Below, piece after piece: positions 52,868-64,000 of a DNA stretch of 64,000 nucleotides. The position numbers were made by a program, and so were the translations under genes. The DNA is taken from assembly GCF_001194135.2 (NCBI RefSeq), contig NC_068983.1, forward strand, positions 109,273,573 to 109,337,572, written 5' to 3'. Under the pieces are notes generated by a model, which did not search any database, had not been told where the DNA came from, and was given only the letters and a program-made list of their open reading frames with translations. This DNA comes from Octopus bimaculoides. Lineage: Eukaryota. The number at the start of each line of letters is the position of its first letter. The first letter of the stretch is position 1.

Positions 52868-54085
52868 GTATATATGTATTTTCCTCTTTCTTCCTTTTCC
52901 ATTGGACTTTCCTATGTTTCTTGTTTCTGAAAAAGTGCTTTACTTAAAAATGAAAAACAACCACTCTTTTCCTTCTCTGAGTGTCTCATTAATACTTAAT
53001 ATGTGCTATGTCTTGATGTTGTTTTTTTCTTGTCTTTTTCTCCACTTTTTAGATTAGTTATATATATATGAGAAAAATATTGGTTATTATGTATGAGCAT
53101 TACAGCTTTATAGTGTAAAGTAGGAGAAATGGAAGGTTCGCACATATTGATATTGCAAATGAGTGAGAATCAAACTGTTTTAGAAATACGTTTACTGTTA
53201 TCTTACTTGTCACCCTATTGCACTCAAAACATAATATCAACTTATTGTATCATAACAATACAAATCCTATACTACTTTTGAAAATTAATATAAAAATGAA
53301 CAGTATTCATTTGGTTACTAAATGGGTCAGCTTAGAGATAAAAAATATTACATGAAAAAAATAATAATAATCTAAACAATACAGTATCACTGTCTCTTAT
53401 GAAAATTTTCACATTCAGGCACATTCAGGCAGCTCAAATGCAGAAACAAAATAGAATAGAGACATTAACGTTTCTTGTCTATATGGATAATTAAACATTA
53501 AAGAAAATCATGTAGAATTAAACAGTATATTATTTTATTAACAGCATGTAATGTCACTAAAATAGCAATTTTAAAATTGCATGTAACATATACTTTGTGT
53601 ACTGATAAAGAAATTCTATTTAAATTCTCTAGATCTTTTGACTGTGTTTAAGCCTGCAGCTACCAAAACAATTGCTTTCAATCAAAATATGAAGTTATTG
53701 CGAATTGTGCCAAAATATCTAAACCAATCAACCCATTAAGGAATTAATTTTCCAAATAGTGCTCAGCACAGGTAAAATGATAGAAAAAAAAAAAACAAGA
53801 GCTCATCAAACTGTGAAAAAGTTGAATATGAAACAGGTAGAAAGACTGAAGGTCATCTGAAATGACACATTGAAAAATAATTCCAAAAATATTGAATTCC
53901 AAAGAGCATACAAGTTCCCAGAAAATTAAGCAGGGTACTATTCTAACAAGAAAATAAAATAAATGAATTCATCAGAAAAATATAAATATCAAAACCAAAA
54001 TTAAGATATGGGAAACAATTATGTTAATACAATTCTATATTTAAGAGATGAGGAATTATGTACATTATTTACATTATTTACATTT

Positions 54086-54126
54086 GACGTTTCGGCTGAT
54101 ATACCCTCCAGCCTTCATCAGGTGTC
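54086..54126 (-). ncRNA. minimal type I hammerhead ribozyme-like motif (core intact, stem I partner lost)
   Basis: Minus strand reads GACAC CTGATGA A GGCTG gagggtatat CAGCC GAAAC GTC. It has CUGAUGA, a perfect 5-bp stem II, GAAA and a palindromic ACGU helix III. Confidence 0.6.
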
Positions 54127-54205
54127 TTGGGGATATTTCGAACCTGGGCTCTCATTCCTAAGGTATTTTTCGATGTTATTTCTATTATTATCATTATCAT
54201 TGTTG

Positions 54206-54271
<66 letters not shown>

Positions 54272-54617
54272 TCGATTCCAGGCAGTGACCTGAATAATAA
54301 TGGTAATAATAATAACAACAACAATAATAATAATAATAATAATACCAGGCTTACCATCCCTACAGGAAGTGCAAAAAATCATGTTAACTGGAACGACTCA
54401 TGTACTGAGAAGAGCATTATCGCTGTGGAAACAACATTCATTCATTCATTAATTTTTTTTAAATTTTATTANNNNNNNNNNTGTACGGAAATCACTCAGC
54501 GAGAAATGGAAGAAAATTTGAAGAAAGAAGAAAAAAAAACAACATAATAATAATAATAATAATAATAGCATCGAAAAATACCTTAGGAATGGGAACCCAT
54601 GTTCAAAATTTCCCCAA

Positions 54618-54663
54618 GACACCTGATGAAGGCTGGAGGGTATATCAGCCAAAACGTTGTGCT
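54618..54663 (+). ncRNA. minimal type I hammerhead ribozyme-like motif (G12 mutated to A)
   Basis: GACAC CTGATGA A GGCTG gagggtatat CAGCC aAAAC GTT GTGCT. Stem I pairs GACAC with GTGCT imperfectly, and the putative cleavage triplet is GUU. Confidence 0.55.
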
Positions 54664-56193
54664 AACAATAAACAAGATGAGGACAAATATCCATCAAATG
54701 TAAATAATGAACTATGTTAATGTTTTGGTTAATCCACAGGTCAGATCCTAAATCAAACTTTGTATTTGAACTGTTTAAGGCATCTAGAGAAAATGACTAA
54801 CATTGAGAGGTTGTTCCCACATATCTTCAATGAAAATTACTGAAGTTGGCTGATTAAGAGTATAAAACTTGCTTCACCCATTTCAACTCAAATCTATCTC
54901 AAACTGAATATTATTTTTAAAACATTTACAAAATATTTTACTGCAAAACAATTTGCCATAAAAACATAACAACAAAATTTCTTCAGTTTTTTTTTTTTTC
55001 AGTTGTAGGATATCAGAATATATTTTAAATAGATTTAACTAATCAGCTATGATTTAACAATGACCGCTTATCCTTAGGAAAAGAGTATATAGTTGTATGA
55101 TTTCTATTCTTATTGATATTGTTATACATTTGTTGACCAGTAAAGTCGTAGTTTCTGGTCAGTTATAATTCCCTTTAGTAAGTCATATGAAAGATGTAGT
55201 ACATATGTGAAAAATCTCAGTTTACAATTTCACAATAATCTTCAATAATGACATGCTGTACTATGTAACAGTCCTACCCATAAAGGAAGATGAGGAAAGT
55301 AAGCATTAAGATGGTGATAGTAATAAGGTTTATGGAGTTGCTGACAATAAAGACCTCTACATTTGATATGTGAGACCTATGATAGTAGGTAGTGATTAAT
55401 GGAATCCCACATTGACATTTTCTGCCTTAAAACAACTTGTAGATATGTTATACCAATATATAATAGTCACTCAGAAGTACTTCGTATTATATTTGGATAC
55501 AATGCAGAAAAACTGAATTTGTCCATACTGTTTCAATGCTCATGACAATACAATTATTTGATGTTGTTTGTCCTTCATGTAGCACTAAAGCATCATTCAA
55601 CACCTTCAAACCTAAACCACAGTTATTCATCTTTCAATCATTTTATTGTTAGCATTTTGGTACTTGGCCATTTTATTTTAGCATTGTGTGTATGTGAGTG
55701 TGTTTGTTTGAGTTGTGTCAGTGTTTCATGCAAATATAACCATGTAATTTACATTAATATGTTCAAAAGTAAAGTCTCTATGTTCATTGGGGTAAAAATG
55801 TATATTTTCTAGCACAAATAATATGATGATATTAAATAAAATAACTGAGTGAACCTGTGAGAAGTGAAGCTCAAAATGTATAAAATATTGGCAGTTTTAG
55901 TTTAAGTCTTTGTTTCCATTGAATAATGTGCTACACTGTATGCCTTCATTTTAATTGCAAACAGTGGATAGAAACATTTAAAATTTGCTTGTAGAGTTTA
56001 CTGAAAGATGTGATAAAGTTTCCATCATATTTTTCAATAGTTATATATTGAAACTTCATAATTCAATAAGTTTTTTAGGCTATGAATATGTCTGGCAATT
56101 TGCTGCTCATTCATAAACTTTTGACAAATATATTCATTTTACCAATTAGATTGAATACATGACAAAGAAATTTCCTCACATACATTCTGTCAA

Positions 56194-56510
56194 AAGTAAG
56201 ACCAAGATAGTTTGCATGTGATACCACTGATAATAAACCTTTCATAAAAGATTTAATGAAAGGTTCATACAAAATTCAACTTAAGTTTTATGAAATGTGC
56301 TTAACAAATATAATACAAATTATTTTCTACAAGAAATATTTCTTTAGTTATAATTATCTATATATATTTTTGCAATATATATATATATAAAATAATAATA
56401 ATAATAATAATAAATAGATAGAAAATAGATATTCTCAGGTTAATCTAATAAAAGATCATACGTATATAAAACCTTTAGTTGGATTAACCTGAAAAATTTG
56501 TTGATTGAAT

Positions 56511-56560
<50 letters not shown>

Positions 56561-56741
56561 TGCAAAAGTATATATAGGTAATTATAACTACTTAAGAAGT
56601 ATTTCTTGTAGAAAATGATTTACATTATATTAGTTAAAGACATTTCATAAAATTTAGATTGAATTTTGTATGAACCCTTCATTGTATCTTTTAGGAAAGG
56701 TTTATCAGTAGTATCACATGCAAATTATCTTGGTCTTACTT
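56194..56741. repeat. fold-back element (MITE-like) with about 185-bp imperfect inverted arms
   Basis: aagtaagaccaagatagtttgcatgtgataccactgat...aaacctttcataaaagat...ttttgcaata is the diverged reverse complement of tattgcaaaag...aggaaaggtttatcagtagtatcacatgcaaattatcttggtcttactt. An inner IR tcaggttaatctaa/ttggattaacctga is also present. Confidence 0.87.
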
Positions 56742-57729
56742 ATAATAGAATAAGAGTATTTGAAGAAAATTCTGTGTATGTATATGTGTGTGTTCATATA
56801 TTTGTGTGTGTGTGTGTGTGTGTGTGCATACACACACACACACACACATCTCTCACTATATGAATTTAATTAAGCATTGATAGAAGCACAACATTTTTTT
56901 AATCATTTAGTACAAAAGGTTAGAGTTCTCACCTTTATTTATAACATATACAGCACTTCTATCATCCTGGGTTAGTGCATGATCCTCAATGTAAATCCTC
57001 CTTAGATAAGGTAACACCATAATCAAAAAGCACAACAGAATTCCTGCTGTGATTGTGATTGCTAGAACCACATTGGAGATCTTATAAGGTTGAGAACTAG
57101 CCTGGAAAAATGAAATAAAATATATTTTTATTTTAAATTTACAGAAAAAAGAAATTTCTGAAATAAATTATATTTGCAGTTATAAATTAAATTAAATGAG
57201 GAGGCAAGACATCCTGATGAAAATTAATTTCATCCTTTGTCAAAACATTTCGTCTATGTTACAATAAAGTAATGAATATAAAGAAAAATATAAAAAAATC
57301 TACATCTATACTATTTTTTTCTACAAGTATTCAAAATTGATGAAAGCTATTCTTTCATTATGAATTTAGCCCATTTTCTCTCCTTGAATTACTGAAAGAT
57401 TAAATCAAATGGTTTGCAAAATTGTTATCAAGAACAAATTTCAAAGTTAAAAAACTGATTGCAATAGTTTAGCAGCATTGTTTTCATTGTTTAGTTGTTC
57501 ATAGATTTTGTTTCATGATGTGTCAATTTCTTTGAAAGAAAAACAGATTTTCATTATAAACTGAACGACATATGTATGTCTAAAATTATTTAAAATTTCT
57601 TTTAAAATAGTAATAAGAGAAGGAAATATTTGATGATTCTTCTTTCTACTCATGCATTAACAATTAAAATTTCATGTGTCAGAAGTTCTTAAAACTTTAT
57701 AGAAAATTTTGATATAAAATATAGATTCC

Positions 57730-58900
57730 AAGATATTCTTTACAGTTTCACATTGATTACAAAGCAAGATATTGTAAAGGAAATTGATGTAATGCAAGAT
57801 ACTATGAGTAAAAGGGAAGAATTTTTATGGGTTTTCAAAAAGGAAAAGTACTAACGATACAAAGCAAATTCTTTGCATAGATAACACAGATATATAGATG
57901 ATAGAATGAATATAGTTACAATTTACTAAATTATAATAAAAAAAATGCCTTGAAGCAGTGTTGGATTTAGGCAAAATCAGAGACTAAAATAACATATTTT
58001 GATATCACTCAAAATATTTGAATGATAAAAAACAAGATTAGATGAATAAAGGGCAGTATTTTAAATGTGAAACTAGGGTGCTAAATGTAGAATGATTTCT
58101 AAAGTAATCCATAGTATTAACAGCTTTGAAAATAAAGAGGAAGTATGCACTTTTTGTAATCCATAAATATAACCTATTCCTTTCTTAATCATAAGTATTT
58201 CAGTAACAGTATTTAAAACTCAAAAAGAAATGTAGAAAGAAGAATAATTTACATAAAGCTTGAAACATTTTAAAAGGGAAAAAGAACTGAATAAAATACT
58301 ATGCTGTTAGATCTCTAAGTTCTTGTACTTTATCATAGAAACAAAATGCAGATCCGTGGTACTTTAAGGAAAGAGGACATTACTGTTAAAGTTTTATTAA
58401 TTAATACTAACATACATGATTACCATAAACAGCAGAGAGTAAAGTAAAGATAATTGAATTACAATTGTTTGGTATAGAATTTGAATAGTAAGTTGAAGAT
58501 TAACTGATAGCATATTCTAGTATTTTAGGTGAGACATCATAATGGGAGATGATATCATTACCATATCAAGGATTAGTGTAGACAATATTCATATTTTTGT
58601 ATAAATAACATTATATTCAGATGAAGAATGAACAAGTGAAAGACTTTATATGCAAAAGTTCCAGATAAACTATCCAAAAGTATTATCATTATATTTAAGA
58701 GAAAATTTATCTTTTTTCACACTACAGAAGCTGAAGGTATATGCTCTATGAGTTACCATGATACATGAAAGCATTCTACCTGCAGTAGAAGTGAAGTTTA
58801 ATAAATTGCTTATATGGGAATATCAAGATTTTAGTAAGCTATTAAGAAAAATTAAGAATTTGATTCTGTAAATAACGGATGCTTTCTACTGACATAAAGT
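57730..58900 (+). mobile_element. possible very old RTE-like RT remnant
   Basis: Faint motifs in order: GFQKGK(S)TND (GFRKGRST.D), a KKxAFEAV-like stretch (KKAFDSV), later KLKV. Many stops. Confidence 0.25.
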
Positions 58901-59654
58901 ATTACTTATCAAAAGGATACTTTAAATTTGAAATAAAATATGTTAAACTTTCAGTTATTAAGTAAAGGTAAAGAAACCTCAAAAGGTGGTTATATATGTC
59001 AATTGGATTGAAATAATAAATCTTAATTAAAATATTTAAAAATCAAAAGCTATTTATTGAAGCTTTCATAATGACTTTACAATTATTCTATTTAATTAAT
59101 ATTTGTTTCAATTGTAAATCTTAATTCAGAAATCATGATTGTATATTCAATATATCTTGAGAATAAATAACTTTTAATGTCATAATTAAGACAGAATTAA
59201 CTGTTTGTCAGCTAAATTTTTCACTAATTAAAGAAATATTTTGTCAATATGTTCTCTTAAATATTCAGCATACTTTTATTCACAAAATTATTTTACTAGG
59301 AATTTTGTATGAAATATTAAAACTTTATCATTGGTTTCAGACTTCCAGACAATTTACATATTAATTGTCTCATAAAATACATTCTATTTTAGGTTTAGCT
59401 TTCATGGCATATGCACACATACTCTTAAAGGTAGTAACTTGACAGAAAAATAACTAAGAGCATTGAATGAGAAATAATGATGTCTAGTCAATTCAATATC
59501 AATTATTGCAACAAACAGTTCATTTACATATAAATAGTATTTGAAAAGTACTTATTACCAGTCAAGTAATGAGTTAGGTCAGAGTTTCAAATAATACACC
59601 TGATATTCAGCAGCATCTTTGTATAAGGTACAATATTTTACATGATGTACATAT

Positions 59655-60030
59655 GCACATGTTGCAGTGTGCTTAAGATGTTTGTAAGAAAATGGTTTCT
59701 GGTTCCATCTCACTGCATGATGACTTAGTAAAGTATTTTCAACAATAGCTATGCACAGACCAATACTTCATCAGAGATTTTTTGATAGAAGGAGAAACTG
59801 TGTGCAAGCTTGCCATTTAGAAATATAAATGTGTGTGTTGGGGGGAGAGAGTCTTTGTATAGACAATATGTCCCATATTTCAGTAGTTCAACATATGAAA
59901 TAATGTACCTTACTTATAAACAGATAGTGGTTAGCATCAGGAAGAGCATCCTGCTATGCAACAGCACCCTAATAATTCTTAACCAACCAATGCTAGCATG
60001 GAAATAATGGAAGTGGTAACAATAGTGATG
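59655..60030 (+). mobile_element. old family-A-like SINE ending in an RTE-type 3' tail
   Basis: The head atggtttctggttccatctcactgcatgatgacttag...agaaactgtgtgcaagc matches SINE A. The end gtggttagcatcaggaagagcatcc...caaccaatgctagcatggaa matches the RTE tail. Confidence 0.45.
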
Positions 60031-63000
60031 AGATGGTGACAATGATGAGAGTTACATATCTGATGACGGCATCATTAACATCATAAGATAAAATCTAAAA
60101 AATTATTCTCATTTCCTGACTGAAAAGAAAATATGTTTATTGGCAGAAAAATAAGAAGAATCACATACAGTTGGAGTCAATGCTATTAAATTTCAATCGA
60201 TGAAAGTTCACTATCTATCTTTGAACACTATTTTGTTTTTCAAGTATAACCCTTTATTTTTTCACACCAGTGAAACTTGTTCTATATGCTTGCAGCTGAA
60301 TACATTTCATTACAGAAATACCAAAAACCAGGTAGTGATGTTAAAGTCTGCTGATAGATAAAGGTGACAACCCAAGGACTCTGAACACAAAGAGCCAGAA
60401 CAAATTCTCAAGGTGTTCTGTCATTTTAAGAAATCCACCATCTGGATTGGGCTGGTACTTTATTTTATTGAGTCCAAAAGGCAAAGACTTCAACAAAATT
60501 TGCAGTGAGCTGGAATACTACAAAGCCTTAAATGACACTCCTATGGCTTAAAAAGGAAATTTTTAGTTTTGCAGGAAAATTATGACAATAATTATAAAAG
60601 AGATTAAATTCTTCAAATGAGTTTAGGTCTGGACAAATGAGCTCAGATCAATGTGAAGGAATCAACAATAATGAATGACACATTATGGAATAGAGAATAG
60701 AGACCAATTATTTGTAAGTCATGGTTTATATGCTTCACAAATTTTCTTTTTAAAAAGTTGTATGCATAAATGAATGCAGCACAATTTCTGGTAAAGAGGT
60801 TGTGAAATGCTTATTAGACTTGGAATTAGTTGTCAACTTATTGCAATATAGTTTTGACTAAGTCTGAGAGTAGAATTTTCAAACAAAATTGTTGTTTAAT
60901 ATGCCAAAACAGATTTGAGTGTTGTATTTTAATTGTATTTCAATTATTTTTATTCACTGCATTTATCCATATGCACCTTCTCTCAAATCAAATCTGCATT
61001 GCTTCTATGAACATAGGCCTCACAAACATGCTCTGATGGAAACATTGTCTCCTTTAACAAGACACAGTATGTGTTTGAGAGAAAGCAGTCTTAGATGGTT
61101 ATCTATCTAGTCTTTCAAAACATAAAATGAAAGACCTTGAAGTTTCTATAAATGCGAGAATCACAATTTTGCATGATCTTTCTTCATGATCCATATATGT
61201 AACATATCAAAATATGCATTACAAAAACTAGTGTAGTCATCTAATTTAAGATGAAATAATAAAATACACCAACTTCAACCATTCGCTAGTTCTCTACAAA
61301 ACTCAAGTAGAAGAAAATGCTACTGCCACACACATGACCATCTTACATTGCAACTAGAAGGAAACCATTTGACTGGCTAGAAAAGCTTCAGCCACCAACA
61401 TACTACAACAGCTGACCTATAGATCTGCTCTTTTTTCATTTGCTTATCCTTCTGCTACTACAAAAGCTTATGCTCTTCTGAAACAGTTAATTGTATATCA
61501 CCACCCAATACCACCTGATATATTTATCTCTTCTCCACTCATCCCCCACACTAAGTCTCACCTCTGAGGCCCTGCCCTAATCACAAAGGTGAATCTTTAC
61601 TCCCTCGAATGCCAATCTACCAAAATCCATTTCCCACATATTTTCTTTTCTACAAACAAAATGATACATGTTCAAACCAACTGTATCAATTTCTCCAATC
61701 TTAGATGACAAGTAAAGACTATGAGTTGTTTCTGAATAAACCATAAAACATGTTTTTTTTCTCTTCCTTGTGATCCTTTTTTACACCTCACTTATTCTCA
61801 TGAATTGATATAAACTGGTTTTAGTAGACACAAAACATTTGGCTCTCAGCATATACTCAGATGTTTGGTGATTGCAGGATAGATAAACAAAGCCTGTGTG
61901 AATCTGGATTTTATCAGTAAATCATGCACTTCAATATAAAGCTAAAGAGCACTGAAAAGTGATCCAATAACCATTTCAAGGTTTATAAGTGTTTTTGTTT
62001 TCCTAATACCTAAAGTGAAAGCAACTTTAAAAAATTTGAATTAGATATCAAAAGAATCTGTAAATAATTCTGCATTAGATCAGAAACCTGAAGCAAGTAT
62101 CCCTTGTAAATTTTGAACTTTGCACATTTTGATATCTGACTTTCATATTGTTTCCAAGAATTTTTAAAGGTGATTGGTGCACGTGCATAAAGGAGAATAT
62201 TAATGCTTGTTTAAATCATGGTGCAAGAAGTAATAGAATTCATTTATTTTACATATTCAACAATTCAAAATCAGGAGCTGTTCCATTCACTAGAAAGAAC
62301 CTTTATCCCTAGTTTCAAAACTTATTTTTCAAATGTATTGTATAATAGTGTGGCTCCTTATTAAAATAATATCAAAAGAACTTTTACTGGTTGGATAGCC
62401 AAATCACTAGTGTGTTACTAGATAAGTTCTACTCTCTCGCTCTTGCCACTTATCTTTCACTGATGTCTACTATGATGTATCTTTGGTTGAATTATGATCA
62501 CCAGTGATAAATCCAAGTAGATTGCAGATGAGGTTTATCAGGTAACTGCTAACATAGTCATAATAACTGATAATATTCTGAACCCTAGCCACTTTATATA
62601 TAAATTAGTTTTTCCTTCTACTTGTAATTTTAGGCTTTGCTTTATTCGATATTCCTTTGAAAGTGTAATATTAGGATTACAGCTCAAACATCAATATTTG
62701 GCATTACTACAATTGAATATTGTCAAGTTATTTCCATTGGAATGTGTCTAAGAGATTGGAAATAAAGACAAGAATGGTATTGTCTATGTTAGATCGAATG
62801 GATTATTGTTTACTAGTGCAATATTTTTCTTGTTTGGATAAATTATTGAAGAAAGAGAGTTATGTGCTTAACTTTTTTTTTTGTTTTCAAAATATTGTAT
62901 AAAGGTTCTGAGTATTTTCTATGTACTGGCTAGGGAAATGATAAGTGTTGTTGACTTGAATACTAAATATTCAATGTAATTTTACTTGTAAGAAGTTCAG

Positions 63001-63206
63001 TAAGGTTGACTTCAACATTTTGTATTCTGTTGTATTTTACAACATTTTCTATTTGTGAATATGACTACATATTGTTGGATTTGTATAAACAGAATTTGTA
63101 GATTTTAAGTGCCTACAATACAGTTGTCTCCTGTTCTAAATTAAATCTCAACTCATCTGTAATATTATCCTACAATTCTTTATTTGTGAGATTAAGAATT
63201 TATATA

Positions 63207-63719
63207 ATGTATATTGTTTATATTAGTCAGACTGATGTCCTCATCTTCATTGTTGATTTCACTACATTTTGGCTGTTGTACAAACCAGCCTTCTTCAGGT
63301 TTCTTGTGTTGAACTTAGTTGTATCGGAATTTCAAATTTAACCCTTTATTTGATCCATGGGGGTACACTGCTCTCATTCCACTCCCTGCATTCCAAGACA
63401 TGTTTTTGCTTCTGTTGATTTTTTTGTGAATTACCTTAGTGCCTTGCCTGGGCACTAATGTAAATCAGTCACCTCCAGACAACTAGACTGCATTAACCAA
63501 TGTCTTTATCTATTGTGGTATGCCTGCATAACAGTTTCACAAAGTACAGAGAGTGGAATGAAAACAGTGTACTCCCACAAAGGTTAGGTTCAAAATTCTG
63601 ATACAACAACTGAGTTCAATACAAGACACCTGAAGAAGGCCGGAGTGTAAAACAGCCAAAACAGTGAAAGTAACGATCAAGATGAGGACACCAGTTTGGC
63701 TAATATAAACCATATACAT
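63207..63719. mobile_element. second head-to-head inverted pair of a related hammerhead-bearing element
   Basis: 63207-63388 and 63547-63719 are diverged reverse complements. Both carry caaga.ac CTGAAGA AGGC.GG...CAGCC aAAA and the caagatgaggaca tail shared with the 54.6 kb element. Confidence 0.83.
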
Positions 63720-63918
63720 AATAGTTTTCTACTTCTGTCTACATATATAAATGTTCTAGCTATGGCATGATATCAAAGAAAAAGCCTTACATTATTAAGA
63801 CAATTGACTGATAAACTATGAAACGAAATCAGATATAATCTATTAAAGATACAACATTTGTATTATTTATAGTATTTCTAAGACAAGTGACAGATAAATA
63901 AATTTCAAATTAAGTGTG

Positions 63919-64000
<82 letters not shown>

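Larger units (their letters stand above)
54025..54709. mobile_element. head-to-head inverted pair of a short Penelope-pLTR-like element carrying hammerhead motifs
   Basis: 54072-54175 and 54569-54709 are reverse complements (catcgaaaaataccttaggaat...ccccaagacacctgatgaaggctggagggtatatcagcc.aaacgt...caaatgtaaataatg), and each is preceded by (AAT)n. Confidence 0.82.

Noticed and set aside
60296-60331. Possible 36-nt symmetric exon (EYISLQKYQKP)
   Set aside because: Moderate splice signals only, and it cannot be told from chance.

Overview
AT-rich eukaryotic genomic DNA with six assembly gaps and many microsatellites. The repeat families suggest a coleoid cephalopod, most likely Octopus; this is an inference from recognised repeats, not from a database search. 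No intact host protein-coding gene, rRNA, tRNA gene or CRISPR array can be supported. The window looks like a large intron or intergenic region filled with decayed mobile elements. These include many RTE-type LINE fragments (one about 2.1 kb, with a PHD-type C4HC3 finger inside the RT region) and a same-strand cluster of three R4/Dong-like RLE retroelement fragments separated by (AAT)n tracts. There is also a HERO-like fragment, a mariner transposase relic, a Penelope GIY-YIG relic, three tRNA-derived SINE families and a Helitron-like non-autonomous element. The most striking unexplained structures are four long fold-back inverted repeats. Two of them (54.0-54.7 kb and 63.2-63.7 kb) consist of related short elements that each carry a minimal hammerhead-ribozyme-like motif. 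Element boundaries are approximate and were read by eye.
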